Origin: an uncultured delta proteobacterium
Lineage (GTDB): Bacteria; Desulfobacterota; Binatia; UBA9968
NCBI GenBank assembly: GCA_963760795.1
Contig: CAVXEP010000022.1
Location: 64,001-128,000 of the forward strand
Length of the DNA stretch: 64,000 nt
Reading direction: 5' to 3'
Shown in pieces: positions 10,044 to 20,550 of the stretch. Position 1 is the stretch's first letter; every line of letters begins with the position of its first letter. The position numbers and the translations under genes are program-made. The notes under the pieces were generated by a model. The model was not told the DNA's origin and searched no databases. It saw only the letters and a program-made list of their open reading frames with translations.

Positions 10044-10997
10044 TCATTGAACATTGGAATATTTCCAGATGGTTCTCAATGCACCAGGCGACCAGGGCTT
10101 AAACAAACGAGCCGGCATTGAGCGCACGAGACTTAAGACGCCACGCAGCACCACCCAAATTTTACGCGCGCCGGTGACATAAGTCCGTTGATCCCAAGCT
10201 CGCGCACCGCGTTTGACCAACAGGGAACCGATCTCGGAATAAACATGACGCGCCGCCGACACGGCGCAGGCTGAACGAAACGACAAATGCCACAAGCCGG
10301 CATCGCCCGATCGATAGTAGCGATCCGCTTCGTTGAGCAGCCGCAGCGTCAACATCGCCAACTTGTCACGATTCTCCGGCGCGCTGATTTGATCAGGAGG
10401 AATTTTTGCTTCATCGAGCCAGGCCAGCGGCAGATAGATGCGCCCCATCCCGGCATCCTCAGTGATGTCGCGGGCGATATTGGTGAGCTGCATGGCGATA
10501 CCAAGATCGGCGGCGTTGCGCAGCGCGCTTTCGTCGCGCAACCCCATCACATGGGACATCATTAAACCAACAGTACCGGCAACCCGGTAACAGTAGAGCA
10601 CGAGCTCGCGCAAAGTCCGGTATCGAGTCCCGCGCACATCCATCGCCATGCCTTCGATCAATTCGAGCGCGTAGTGCGCCGGTATGCCGTAGCGGTGCAC
10701 GATATGTTGCAGGGCGATAAACACCGGTTCTTGCTGCGGCGCAAAGGAGAAAGCCGAAGCGGTTTTCTCTTTTAGTGCTTTAAGCCTGGCTTCCAACTCG
10801 ACCCGATCATCCGCTTCGCCGGCATCATCGACTTGATCGTCGCAGTAGCGGCACCAGCCATAAAGAAACACCGCCGCGTCGCGCGTCTGAGCATCGAAGA
10901 GCTTTGCAGCCAGGGAGAAGCTCTTCGAGCCCTTGGTGATAATTTCGCGGCAATCATTGAGCGCCGCGCGCACTTCAGGGGTTAGCGCATCAGGCAT
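10044..10997 (-). CDS. crtB: Phytoene synthase
   Basis: GSKSFSLAA, LYGWCRYCDDQVD, YCYRVAGTVG, LGIAMQLTNIARDI.ED..GRIYLP. Confidence 0.95.
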   Translation of the reverse strand: MPDALTPEVRAALNDCREIITKGSKSFSLAAKLFDAQTRDAAVFLYGWCRYCDDQVDDAGEADDRVELEARLKALKEKTASAFSFAPQQEPVFIALQHIVHRYGIPAHYALELIEGMAMDVRGTRYRTLRELVLYCYRVAGTVGLMMSHVMGLRDESALRNAADLGIAMQLTNIARDITEDAGMGRIYLPLAWLDEAKIPPDQISAPENRDKLAMLTLRLLNEADRYYRSGDAGLWHLSFRSACAVSAARHVYSEIGSLLVKRGARAWDQRTYVTGARKIWVVLRGVLSLVRSMPARLFKPWSPGALRTIWKYSNVQ

Positions 10998-12522
10998 AGG
11001 ACACTTCCGCCGTTTTGACAGCCGAACTTGCCAAAACAGATTTCATATCTTCAAGAATCAAATTGGCGGTCGCCTTGCCGGAATTGACCACGCCCGGTAT
11101 ACCCGCCCCCGGATGCGTGCCGGCGCCGACGAAATAGAGCCCGCGAATATGCCGATCGCGATTGTGCACGCGAAAATAAGCGCTCTGCATCAGGCGCGGC
11201 TCCAAGGAAAATGCCGAGCCAAGATGGGCGTTGAGCTCACTCTTAAAATCGGCCGGGGTAAAAATTCGCTGCGTGACAATCGACGCGGCGAGACCGGGCA
11301 TGTAGCGCTGCTCCAAATACTTTAAAATCTTTGCCGCGTAACCTGGCCCCTCAACTTTCCAGTCGATCGCGAGCTTACCCAGATGCGGCACCGGCGAGAG
11401 CACGTAGAAGGCTTCGCAGCCTGGCGGCGCCAGCGTCGGATCGGAACGCGTCGGCGCGTGCAGATAAAGCGAAAAATCGTCGGCCAGTCTGCCACGTTCA
11501 AAAATATCGCCCAAGAGTTCGCGGTAGCGCGGTCCGAAGATGACGTTATGGTGCTGCAAATTGGGATAGGCCCGATTGGTGCCGAAGTAAATGAGAAATA
11601 GCGACATGCTGTATTTTTTATGGCCAAGCTTTCGTGCCATCGGGGCGGCACGCGGTTCGCCTTTGAGCAGCCGATCGTAGGTGTGGACGACATCGGCGTT
11701 ACTCACCACCAGATCGAAACTTTCTTCCCGCCCCGCGTTGGTTTGCAAACCCGTCACCGCGCCGTCACGGGTAACGATCCTTTCGATCTCAGCCTCGAAA
11801 CGAATCTCACCACCGAGTTCTCGGAAAAGTCTTACCAACGCCCAAACCAGCTGGCCCGTGCCGCCCTTGGGGAAAAACACTCCCCACTTGCGTTCGAGGC
11901 AATGAATCAGCGTATAAATCGACGTGGTCGTAAACGGGTTGCCGCCGACCAAGAGCGAATGAAAACTAAACAGCTGGCGCAGATGCGGATCGCGAATATG
12001 TTTGGCGACCATGCTGTAGACCGAGCGGTAAGCTTCAAGCCGAATCAACTGCGGTGCCACCGCCGCCATGCTCGAGAGATTTAAGAACGGCACATGAACC
12101 AGCTTTTCGTAACCTTCATGAAAGACTTCTTGCGAGTATTTTAAGAATTTTTGATAGCCCGCCCAATCGGCCGGCGATTTGGCGCGAATTTGCCGCTCCA
12201 GCGCGGCATCGTCGTCCGAGTAATCGAAGACGTATCCATCGTCCCAGAACAAACGGTAAAACGGGGTGACCGGCATCAGCTCGACGTAATCTTGCAGCGA
12301 TTTGCCGGCGACCGCGAAAAGCTCTTCTAGACAATGCGGTGCGGTAATGACCGTTGGGCCGGCATCGAAGGTAAATCCGTTGTCACGATAAACGTAGGCA
12401 CGACCGCCGGGCTGATCGCGCTTTTCAAAAATAATAGTGTCGCAGCCAGCCGCTTGCAGACGAATGGCGGCGGCGAGGCCGCCGAAACCGCTACCGATGA
12501 CTGCGACGCGCGGCTTATCCAT
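10990..12522 (-). CDS. crtI: Phytoene desaturase
   Basis: VIGSGFGGLA, FDAGPTVIT, FHSLLVGGNPF, QSAYFRVHN, GAGTHPGAGIPGV. Confidence 0.96.
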   Translation of the reverse strand: MDKPRVAVIGSGFGGLAAAIRLQAAGCDTIIFEKRDQPGGRAYVYRDNGFTFDAGPTVITAPHCLEELFAVAGKSLQDYVELMPVTPFYRLFWDDGYVFDYSDDDAALERQIRAKSPADWAGYQKFLKYSQEVFHEGYEKLVHVPFLNLSSMAAVAPQLIRLEAYRSVYSMVAKHIRDPHLRQLFSFHSLLVGGNPFTTTSIYTLIHCLERKWGVFFPKGGTGQLVWALVRLFRELGGEIRFEAEIERIVTRDGAVTGLQTNAGREESFDLVVSNADVVHTYDRLLKGEPRAAPMARKLGHKKYSMSLFLIYFGTNRAYPNLQHHNVIFGPRYRELLGDIFERGRLADDFSLYLHAPTRSDPTLAPPGCEAFYVLSPVPHLGKLAIDWKVEGPGYAAKILKYLEQRYMPGLAASIVTQRIFTPADFKSELNAHLGSAFSLEPRLMQSAYFRVHNRDRHIRGLYFVGAGTHPGAGIPGVVNSGKATANLILEDMKSVLASSAVKTAEVSYA

Positions 12523-13522
12523 AAGCGACTGCAATTTCCTCGCCCAACTGGCGCAGTTCGTTGAAGGCTCGCGATGACCAAGCTATATCCGACTCGCACA
12601 AGCGCTGTTTCAACCTAGCGAAGGCACGATCCAGATGCAGGCGCGCGCTTGCGCGGGTCATTGGAATCAGATCATGAGAGGCGATCCAGCTTTCCAACGA
12701 CTTGGCGTTGGGTAACTCGGCGACAGCATGGAGAAACGTTTCATACTCATAAGCGTCGGTTGAATTTGCCGCGCAAGCCCACACCCAAGAGGGGCGCGAC
12801 AGCGATAGGTCTTCAAAACGCTTTTGCGGATCGCATTTGCCGATGACATTTCCCAGGTCATCGTACATTTGTAATGCGATGCCAAGATCGACGCCAAAGG
12901 CATCGAGCGATTCAATCACGCGCTGGGGCTTGCCTGCCACGGTTCCGCCCAGCGCCGCCGCGAACCCCATCAAAGCGCCGGTCTTGAGAGTCATCCCGGC
13001 CAGGCACACTTCCGCCACCGATGTCTGCGGCAACTGCGGCACCTTGGCGCCTAGATCGAGACCTTGGCCGAAATGCGCGCGCAACAGCGTTCGGTTATAT
13101 CGCTCATACAGGCACGCCATTTGTTCAGCCGCGAGGCCGGCGTCTTTGAGCAGCTCGAATGGCCAGAAGTAAAGCCAGTTTCCAGCGTTGAGCGCCAAGG
13201 GAACTCCGTATTGCACATGCAATGCCGGCCGCCCACGGCGCATCTCGCTGCCATCCTCGATGTCATCGACGATTAACGAGCCGGCGTGCATCAGTTCGAC
13301 GACCTCTGCGCAGTCGCGGCACTGCTTTGCCGCGGCAAACGACACCGCGCGCTCATCGTGGAACAGTCGATAAGTCATCGCGACGAGTTGCGCCCGGATA
13401 CGCTTGCCCGGATTGGCCGTAAGCGCTGCCACAGGGTCGAGCAACGCTTGCCGCAGGGCACTTTCCACCGCGGCGCTATGATCGATGCCGAGAAGCTCCG
13501 CCAAACGGCCATCGGCAAACAT
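12515..13522 (-). CDS. crtE: Geranylgeranyl diphosphate synthase (CrtE-like); true start may be 13640 with a frameshift
   Basis: PGKRIR, HAGSLIVDDIEDGS.MRRG, GQGLDL, LKTGALM, QMYDDL; coupled to crtI; RBS-led out-of-frame ATG at 13640. Confidence 0.8.
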   Translation of the reverse strand: MFADGRLAELLGIDHSAAVESALRQALLDPVAALTANPGKRIRAQLVAMTYRLFHDERAVSFAAAKQCRDCAEVVELMHAGSLIVDDIEDGSEMRRGRPALHVQYGVPLALNAGNWLYFWPFELLKDAGLAAEQMACLYERYNRTLLRAHFGQGLDLGAKVPQLPQTSVAEVCLAGMTLKTGALMGFAAALGGTVAGKPQRVIESLDAFGVDLGIALQMYDDLGNVIGKCDPQKRFEDLSLSRPSWVWACAANSTDAYEYETFLHAVAELPNAKSLESWIASHDLIPMTRASARLHLDRAFARLKQRLCESDIAWSSRAFNELRQLGEEIAVAYG

Positions 13523-13664
13523 TACCGCTTCAGCGCCGGCGCCACTGGGTAGCCGGCTTGGCTTGTCATCTGATGCCGGCGCGATAGCGCCGCTTCGCCA
13601 GCGTCGTGCCGCTGTACATCGTCAATCCTTGATGTTTCATCCTATCTCTCCCCTATGAGCACAA

Positions 13665-14582
13665 TCACCCTTCCGCTGACAACAATGTCTCCGGCGGCAC
13701 TTCCAAAGCGTTGGCCATGCGCACCATAATATCCAGGGAAACGTTTTGCTTGGCGCCTTCGACGGCGATGATGCAGGCGCGCGCCACCTGAGTCACCTCG
13801 GCCAGGTGCTCTTGAGTCCATCCCCGTTTTGTCCGCAAATCGCGCACGCGGCGCGCCAGCACCATTTGATATTCTTTGAGCACTGACTTGGGCCGATCGG
13901 CGCGCAACAGCCGGCCGATGGAACTTACACCGACCATGATATCTTCAGCAATTTCACAACGCCGGCCAAGATTTTTCACGCTGGGATTGTCTACTACCGC
14001 CTGTCCGGCAATAACCACCCGGACCTCAGGCGCCGACTTTTCTAAGTCACCAATTACCAGACGAGCATTTTCAACCCCCTGCGTCATCGTCACGGATAGC
14101 CCAATCACCTGCGGGTGACGTCGATGCACCATCTCAACCAGCGCTTGGTTGGGCACATTGGCGCCGAGAAAGTCGACGTGCCAGCCCCGTGCCCCGCATA
14201 GGTCAGCCAGCATGCGAGCGCCGATGTAATGCTGCTCTCCTTCGATGCAGGCAACCATTACGCGATAGAGTGAGCGCCTAGCGGGAGGCGCGAAGTGCGC
14301 GCGCAGGCGGTCCATCTGGCCGATCACGATCTCCGTCGCCAGCTTCTGTTCGCCGACCCCGATATCACCGCGGCACCATGACTCGCCGACACCTTCGAGA
14401 GCCGGGGTGACTACTTTGAGATAAATATCGCCAAGCGTCTGCTGCGATGAGATAAGTTCGTCAGTGACCTGCCCGGCGATCTCGTGATCGCCGTTGACAA
14501 TGGCGTGGGCCAAGCGCTTTTGCTTTGCGTCGAAATATTCGGCGCTGGCATCGGCAGCAAATTTTTCCAAGGTAGCGGCCAT
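13665..14582 (-). CDS. Cobalamin-binding transcriptional regulator (B12 cap + B12 Rossmann domain, C-terminal XRE HTH)
   Basis: IYLKVVTPALEGVGESW (cap), GEQHYIG and GLSVT (B12 motif), RVRDLRTKRGWTQEHLAE..NVSLDIMVRMANALEV (HTH_3). Confidence 0.85.
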   Translation of the reverse strand: MAATLEKFAADASAEYFDAKQKRLAHAIVNGDHEIAGQVTDELISSQQTLGDIYLKVVTPALEGVGESWCRGDIGVGEQKLATEIVIGQMDRLRAHFAPPARRSLYRVMVACIEGEQHYIGARMLADLCGARGWHVDFLGANVPNQALVEMVHRRHPQVIGLSVTMTQGVENARLVIGDLEKSAPEVRVVIAGQAVVDNPSVKNLGRRCEIAEDIMVGVSSIGRLLRADRPKSVLKEYQMVLARRVRDLRTKRGWTQEHLAEVTQVARACIIAVEGAKQNVSLDIMVRMANALEVPPETLLSAEG

Positions 14583-14631
14583 ATTCAAAGCCTAAATAAA
14601 ACTAATCGAGATTCGACAATGGACCAACTTG

Positions 14632-15539
14632 CTAAAGCCCCAACGACTCCAGGGCCAGCTTAAGATTCGGATATTTGAATTTGAAACCGAGCTTGATCGC
14701 CGCCTCGGGAATCGCCCGCTGGCCGTTCAGCAACATCTCCGCCATCTCACCCACCATCAGCGCCAGTACAAATGGCGGCACCCTTGCCCACGACGGCCGG
14801 TTCAATACGCCACCCAGAGTCTTGGAAAACTCTGCCATGGTCACCGGATTGGGCGCCGTGCCATTAAATGCGCCGCGCGCGCTCTCGTTCTCGACCAGGA
14901 ACTGAATCAATCCGACCTCATCTTCGATATGAATCCACGGCATCCACTGCCGGCCCGAACCGAGCGGCCCGCCAGTAAACATTTTGAACGGCGGCACCAT
15001 CTTTTTTAACGCACCCTCGCCTTTGGCCAAGACGATGCCCGTGCGCAGCAAGCAAACCCGCACACCAAGCGATTCCGCCTTCTTCGCTTGCCGATTCCCA
15101 ATCGACGCACAGGCGCGCGAGAAAATCGTCGCCGGGTTTGCTGTCTTCGTTCAACGGTTCGTCGCCGTGGGGACCGTAGTAGCCCACTGCCGATGCACTG
15201 ATCATTAATTTCGGTTTGACCTGGGCCTTAGCGATGGCATCAACCAACGCTTTCGTCCCATCGACACGGCTCGAGCGCAGAATTTCCTTTTGCTTGGGAG
15301 TCCATCGCTTACCGGCGATCGGCTCCCCTGCAAGATTGATCACCGCATCGGCACCGTCGATGGCACGCTCCCAGTCGCCGCTGGCACCCGGCTGCCACGC
15401 CAACCACTGTTTTTTCGCTACGCTAATTTCCGCCGGTGGTCTGCGGCTAAGCAAGACTAACGCAGTGATGACTCTTCGACAACCGCTCGGTCAATAGCGA
15501 TCCGATCATGCCCGTGGCGCCGGTAAGTACGATTTTCAT
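14632..15539 (-). CDS. TIGR01777 family NAD-dependent epimerase (frameshifted)
   Basis: MKIVLTGATGMIG, AVINLAGEPI..RWT, SASAVGYYG, LRTGIVL, GPLGSGRQWMPWIHIED spread over several frames. Confidence 0.88.
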
Positions 15540-15595
15540 CTTGTGTTAATACCGCTCTCAGAATGGCTAAGAACTTCCATCAATGTACGATATAG

Positions 15596-15630
15596 TTGAC
15601 GTTTCTATCTAAAATGTTATCAATAGTCAA
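15596..15630. promoter_or_regulatory. Overlapping divergent sigma70-like promoters
   Basis: Minus: TTGACT-N17-TAGAAA. Plus: TTGACG-N16-TATCAA with TG extension, ending 8 nt before ATG 15632. Confidence 0.55.
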
Positions 15631-15631
15631 C

Positions 15632-16601
15632 ATGGACGCGAAAAAATTTTCAAATACTAATCCGAAAGTAGGAATCAGCGCCTGCCTGCTCGGACAGCAG
15701 GTACGCTTCGACGGCGGGCACAAACGCGATCTCTTTCTCACCGATCTTTTCGGCAAATTCGTCGACTGGGTAGCCATCTGTCCCGAAGTCGAAGTCGGCA
15801 TGGGCGTGCCGCGCGAGACGGTGCGGTTAGTCGGAACACCGACCGATCCGCGAATGATCGCAGAGAAATCTGGTAAAGACTGGACTGAAGCGATGCATCG
15901 CTTCGCCGCGAAACGCGTACGGGACATCGCTGAACAAACAGTTGTCGGGCTATGTATTCAAGAAAAACTCACCCAGCTGCGGCATGGAGCGGATCAAAGT
16001 CTATAACGCAAAAGGCATGGCGGAGCGGCAAGGCCGCGGCCTTTTCGCTGCGGCGCTGATGAACCAGTGGCCGCTCTTGCCGGTCGAAGAAGAGGGCCGG
16101 CTGAACGATTTAAAGCTTAGAGAAAATTTCATCGAGAGAGTCTTCGCCTACCATCGCTGGCTGCAAGCAACGTCGGAGCGAAGATCACCCGGGGCGCTGG
16201 TGCGCTTTCACACGAGTCACAAATATTTATTGCTGGCGCACAGCGAGCGTCACTATCGCCAACTCGGTCGCCTGGTGGCGGCAGCGAAACAAATATCTAT
16301 TGCCGCGGTTTACGACGACTACGGCCGGGTTTTTATGGACGCGTTAGCGGTTCACGCTACTGAGAAGTCTCATGCCAATGTCCTGGATCACATGATGGGC
16401 TACTTCTCCAAGCAGTTGACCGCCGCCGAGCGACAAGAACTGGTGCAATTAATCGGCGAATTCCGCCACCGGCTCATTCCGTTGATCGCGCCGATCACAA
16501 TGATCCGCCACTACACTAGAAAATACCAAGTTGCATACTTGCAAGGACAGCTTTATCTGGAACCCAATCCTAAGGAGCTGATGCTGCGAAACCATGTCTA
16601 A
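15632..16601 (+). CDS. DUF523 + DUF1722 (YbgA-like) protein (frameshift near 15940)
   Basis: GISACLLGQQVRFDGGHK, ICPEVEVGMGVPRE, KKNSPSCG, EEEGRLND..LRENFIERVF, ELMLRNHV. Confidence 0.9.
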
Positions 16602-16637
16602 GCGACAGGGTTTGCTCGACGGGTAACAATAACTATC

Positions 16638-17117
16638 ATGAAGACCTACTGGCTTAGAAAAACAATTTGGCTGCCGCAACCACGCGCCAAAGTGTTCGAG
16701 TTCTTTTCCAACCCCGGCAATCTCGATCGCCTCACGCCGGCATGGCTCAACTTCGCGATTCTGACACCGGCGTCGAGCAAAATGAAACAGGGATCGTTGT
16801 TAGACTATCGGCTACGCATTCGCGGCATACCGATTCGCTGGCAGAGCGAGATCGCCGTCTGGGAACCGCCGCACCGTTTCGTCGACCGGCAAACCAAAGG
16901 TCCCTACTCCCTCTGGGTCCACGAACACATCTTCGAAGAGCATGACAATGGCACACTGGTTGGCGACAACGTCGAATATGCCGTCCCCGGCGGACGCATC
17001 GTGCAGAAGTTTCTGGTCGCTCCCGATATTGAGCGAATCTTTGACTATCGCCACAAAATATTGGAAGAACTGTTCAATCCGGCGAAGCTCACGCGGTCAC
17101 AGCGATCCGGCGCTTAA
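16638..17117 (+). CDS. SRPBCC family protein
   Basis: [40 protein letters not shown]. Confidence 0.85.
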   Translation: MKTYWLRKTIWLPQPRAKVFEFFSNPGNLDRLTPAWLNFAILTPASSKMKQGSLLDYRLRIRGIPIRWQSEIAVWEPPHRFVDRQTKGPYSLWVHEHIFEEHDNGTLVGDNVEYAVPGGRIVQKFLVAPDIERIFDYRHKILEELFNPAKLTRSQRSGA

Positions 17118-18515
17118 GGATTCGACAGCGCGCCTTTTTCTAACGCCGCCACGCGCGCGATATAAGCTTTACTGTTGAACTTGCGCGATGTACTGGCAAA
17201 GGACATATAACGGATTTTTCCGTAAATTGGCCGCTCCGGGCCCCAGGCCCGGTCATGCTTGCCGACGATCGCCCAGGCGATCCCGGCGTAACCGTTGGGA
17301 TCGCGGCCATCAGTTCGTAGCGATCGTTCAGCCGAACGGCGATCTCGAACGCATCGGCCGGCGCGGGGCTCCATTCAAGAATTTTCTTGGCCCAATACAT
17401 GCGCAGGTAGCCGTGCATCCAACCGGTCAGCACCATTTGTTTTTGCGCAGCGTTCCACAGCGGATCGTGGGTTTCGGCGTTCTCAAGCTGTCTTTCCGAA
17501 TAAATATACGGGCGCGAGTCGCGCGCATGAAGGCGCAGACTGCGATCCGCCCAAGGCGCACTGGCCTCGAAGCTGTCGTAGCTTGGATTGTAGCGGACAA
17601 AATTTATCGCCAACTCACGGCGCACGATGAGCTCCTCGAGAAACGCCTTCTTGGCGAGATCCGGTGCGCTGGCGTGTGTTGCCGCCAGCGCAACCTGCTG
17701 GACGCTGATATGGCCGAAATGAAGATACGGCGACAGCTGGCTAGTGCCGTCAATGTCCGGCTGATTGCGCTGCGTGTCATAGGCGGCAAGCCGGGTGGCG
17801 AGAAACCGGTCAAGCGGCGCTCGCGCCGCCCGCGCACCGCCAACAAATCTCGCTACCGGGAGCACCGAACGGTCGATGGGAAAATTTTCCAACAGCGAGT
17901 CATCCACGTCGACAGTTTGCAGCCCGGCGGGACAGTCGCCATTCAACGTGGGCGCTCGGATTAGTCGGAGGTATCAGAAAACCGGACAACAGGTCCCGAA
18001 TCTTCGGACGGATCGTGCGTGCCGCGTAATGCTCTTTACCGAGCAATCGGCTTGGCACGACGACATCGGCGTCCACGGTCCAGAACGGCACTCGAAGGTC
18101 GCAGCGATGCGCGCTCCTTAGCGCGTTCCGCCTCGCGCAACGGGTTCTCATCGCCGATGACCAGACAGGGGCTAACCTGCGCACAAAATCGCGCCAGGCC
18201 GTGATCCGGATATCGGCGCAAAACAAATCCAACTCGGCGTTTCCGCAGCTCGGTCGAGAGATCGACAAGCCCTTGGCGCATGAACTCATAGTGGCGAAGA
18301 TTCGCACGACCAGATCGAGGGAAAAGCTGAAAGAAGACAACGACCGGTTTGCTAAGCAGGTTGGCCGCTTCGATAGCGACGTTCAGAGCCGGATTGTCGC
18401 GCGCTCGTTGCGCTCGCTGCATCCAGTAAATGACGCAACTTCCATTATGATCCGGCGCGCCGGCTTTGCGCCGGGTTACGCGCGCATCGAACTCCAACGA
18501 TTCAAGATTATTCAT
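17114..18515 (-). CDS. phr: Class II CPD DNA photolyase (frameshifted)
   Basis: [81 protein letters not shown]. Confidence 0.92.
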
Positions 18516-18619
18516 TGGCTATATGTTCTATATTAGACTGAGATCTTCAATCGAAGATTAGCGTATGTCCAAATCATTTGCTAAAAACAATCGACTGCCC
18601 ACCTAAATGAGGCAAATCT

Positions 18620-19396
18620 ATGAACGGTTCTTCATGGAGACGTCGGAGATGCACCAGGTTTACGCTCATTGCAATGATCATGATGGCAATGCCGTTCGGT
18701 CGATTGCTATTGGCCCAGGAAGAAAACCCATTAGCTCCGGGCACCTACCGCCTGGAAATGATCATGGCGTCGACAACCCGGGTGCCGGTCTTCGGCACCT
18801 CGAAGTCGGCATCGAAGTCAGTCTCCCTAGTTGAGATCAAACGTGATGGCGCGGGGCTGATCCAAACCCACAAGACCTGCGAATTTCGTGTGCTCGAAGA
18901 CTCCAAGTTCATCAAAATGATCTTTCCCGAGAAGTTTGTCGCGGCACTGGCACGACACACTTATCCGCTGCAATTCGACAAAGACGCGCAAGGCTGGCGC
19001 TATCGCGCCGATCTTGGCATTGAACGGATCGGCTACAAATCGAACGGCAACGAAACAGCCCTGCCCGCCAAGATCGACGACCCGGCGGTTTACGACTGGG
19101 ACGGCGATGGCAAGCCGGCCGCCACACTCAAGATTTCCATCCCGCTATTACCCGACGGAGAGTTTTATGTCGTGCAACGCGGCCATTCGATCCTCAACGG
19201 CCGGATCGCCCAACCGGGAAAAATCGAGGGCGCCATCGAAACCCGCTTGTTCGAACAGCGCGTGCTCGGCGCGTGGCCAGGCTTTTTGAATCAATCGGCA
19301 GAGGTCGAACCTGATCCCAAAGAGAGCCGCTTCGTTCTGAGCCAGATCGCTGCCGGTAGCACCTGTGAAACTTTGCTATCCGCCGGCAAATCTTGA
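18620..19396 (+). CDS. Hypothetical secreted protein
   Basis: N-terminal basic plus hydrophobic signal; DWDGDGKP motif; first gene of the operon with the GT and acyltransferase. Confidence 0.7.
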   Translation: MNGSSWRRRRCTRFTLIAMIMMAMPFGRLLLAQEENPLAPGTYRLEMIMASTTRVPVFGTSKSASKSVSLVEIKRDGAGLIQTHKTCEFRVLEDSKFIKMIFPEKFVAALARHTYPLQFDKDAQGWRYRADLGIERIGYKSNGNETALPAKIDDPAVYDWDGDGKPAATLKISIPLLPDGEFYVVQRGHSILNGRIAQPGKIEGAIETRLFEQRVLGAWPGFLNQSAEVEPDPKESRFVLSQIAAGSTCETLLSAGKS

Positions 19397-19430
19397 GACG
19401 ACCGTCGCCAACCGGAAAGAATAGGACTCC

Positions 19431-20534
19431 TTGTTCGGACTATCGAAAACCAAACTGCGCATCGAGGTTTCCACGGCTTCTTCCGAGGAGCGTGTCACAG
19501 TGCTCTTGCCGGTACTGAACGAGGCCGCCCGGATCGACGCTTGTCTCACCGCATTGTGCCGACAACCGGAAGAGGTACAGGAAATTTTGGTCATCGACGG
19601 CGGCTCCATCGACGGCACTCAGGGTATCGTCCAGCGCCATCATAACGTGGATGAACGCGTAAAATTGATCGATGCCAGTCCGGTGGACCCGAGCTGGACG
19701 GGAAAAGCCTGGGGACTGCACCGGGGTTTGCAGAGTTCGTCAGCTGGCAGCGATTGGATACTTTGCGTCGACGCGGATGTCACGGTCCAACCGCAGCTGG
19801 TGCGCTCGCTGCTGCACCACGCTCAAAGAAGCGGCGTCCAGATTTTTTCAGTGGCGACCGGACAACAATTGTCGGGCAATCTCGAAGCACTGATTCATCC
19901 GGCAATGTTGACCACCTTGATCTACCGCTTCGGTTCGCCCGGCAGAGCGACCAGTAATCGCCATCGCGTTCAAGCCAACGGCCAATGTTTTTTTGCCCCT
20001 CGTCAGATCTTGCTGCGCACGGAGGCATTTCGCGCCGCGCAAGCCTCGCTGTGCGAAGACATCACCATCGTGCGCCGCCTCGCCGAATGCGGCGAACAGA
20101 TTGGCTTTTATGAATCCAATGGATTGGTCGACGTGAAGATGTATAACAGCTGGCGCGAGACCTGGAACAATTGGCCCCGTTCTCTGCCCATGCGGGATCA
20201 GTACTTCGGCTGGCGCGAGGCGGTGGCATTGTTCGGCGTGCTGATCGTCCAGGCCTTGCCTTTACCGGCGGTGATCCTTGCCGCGCTATTTCAATTACCG
20301 TTGCTGATCTTAGTAGTTGCCGGATTCTTCTTGATGATCCGATTGGGCGTCCTCTTCGGCGTTGCCCGTGCCTACCCCGATCGGCCCTGGGCCTTTTGGT
20401 TTTCACCGCTCGCCGATTTGCCGGTGGTTTTGCGCATCATTCAATTCGCTCTGCGGCGCCGTCATAGTTGGCGCGGCCGGACCTACCGCCGCGGCAAGGG
20501 CGGAATCTTCGAACCGATTGGCGACATCAAGTAA
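19431..20534 (+). CDS. GT2 glycosyltransferase, CruG-like (carotenoid glycosyltransferase)
   Basis: VLLPVLNEA, VIDGGSIDGT, WTGKAW, CVDADV, QANGQC, EDI, C-terminal TM helices and WRGR. Confidence 0.8.
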   Translation: MFGLSKTKLRIEVSTASSEERVTVLLPVLNEAARIDACLTALCRQPEEVQEILVIDGGSIDGTQGIVQRHHNVDERVKLIDASPVDPSWTGKAWGLHRGLQSSSAGSDWILCVDADVTVQPQLVRSLLHHAQRSGVQIFSVATGQQLSGNLEALIHPAMLTTLIYRFGSPGRATSNRHRVQANGQCFFAPRQILLRTEAFRAAQASLCEDITIVRRLAECGEQIGFYESNGLVDVKMYNSWRETWNNWPRSLPMRDQYFGWREAVALFGVLIVQALPLPAVILAALFQLPLLILVVAGFFLMIRLGVLFGVARAYPDRPWAFWFSPLADLPVVLRIIQFALRRRHSWRGRTYRRGKGGIFEPIGDIK

Positions 20535-20550
20535 GCAAGCCAGACATCCT

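Noticed and set aside
15580-15631. Canonical CarH operator (11-bp-spaced TnnACA direct repeats)
   Set aside because: Only loose, irregularly spaced matches are present, and the local regulator has an XRE rather than a MerR DNA-binding domain.
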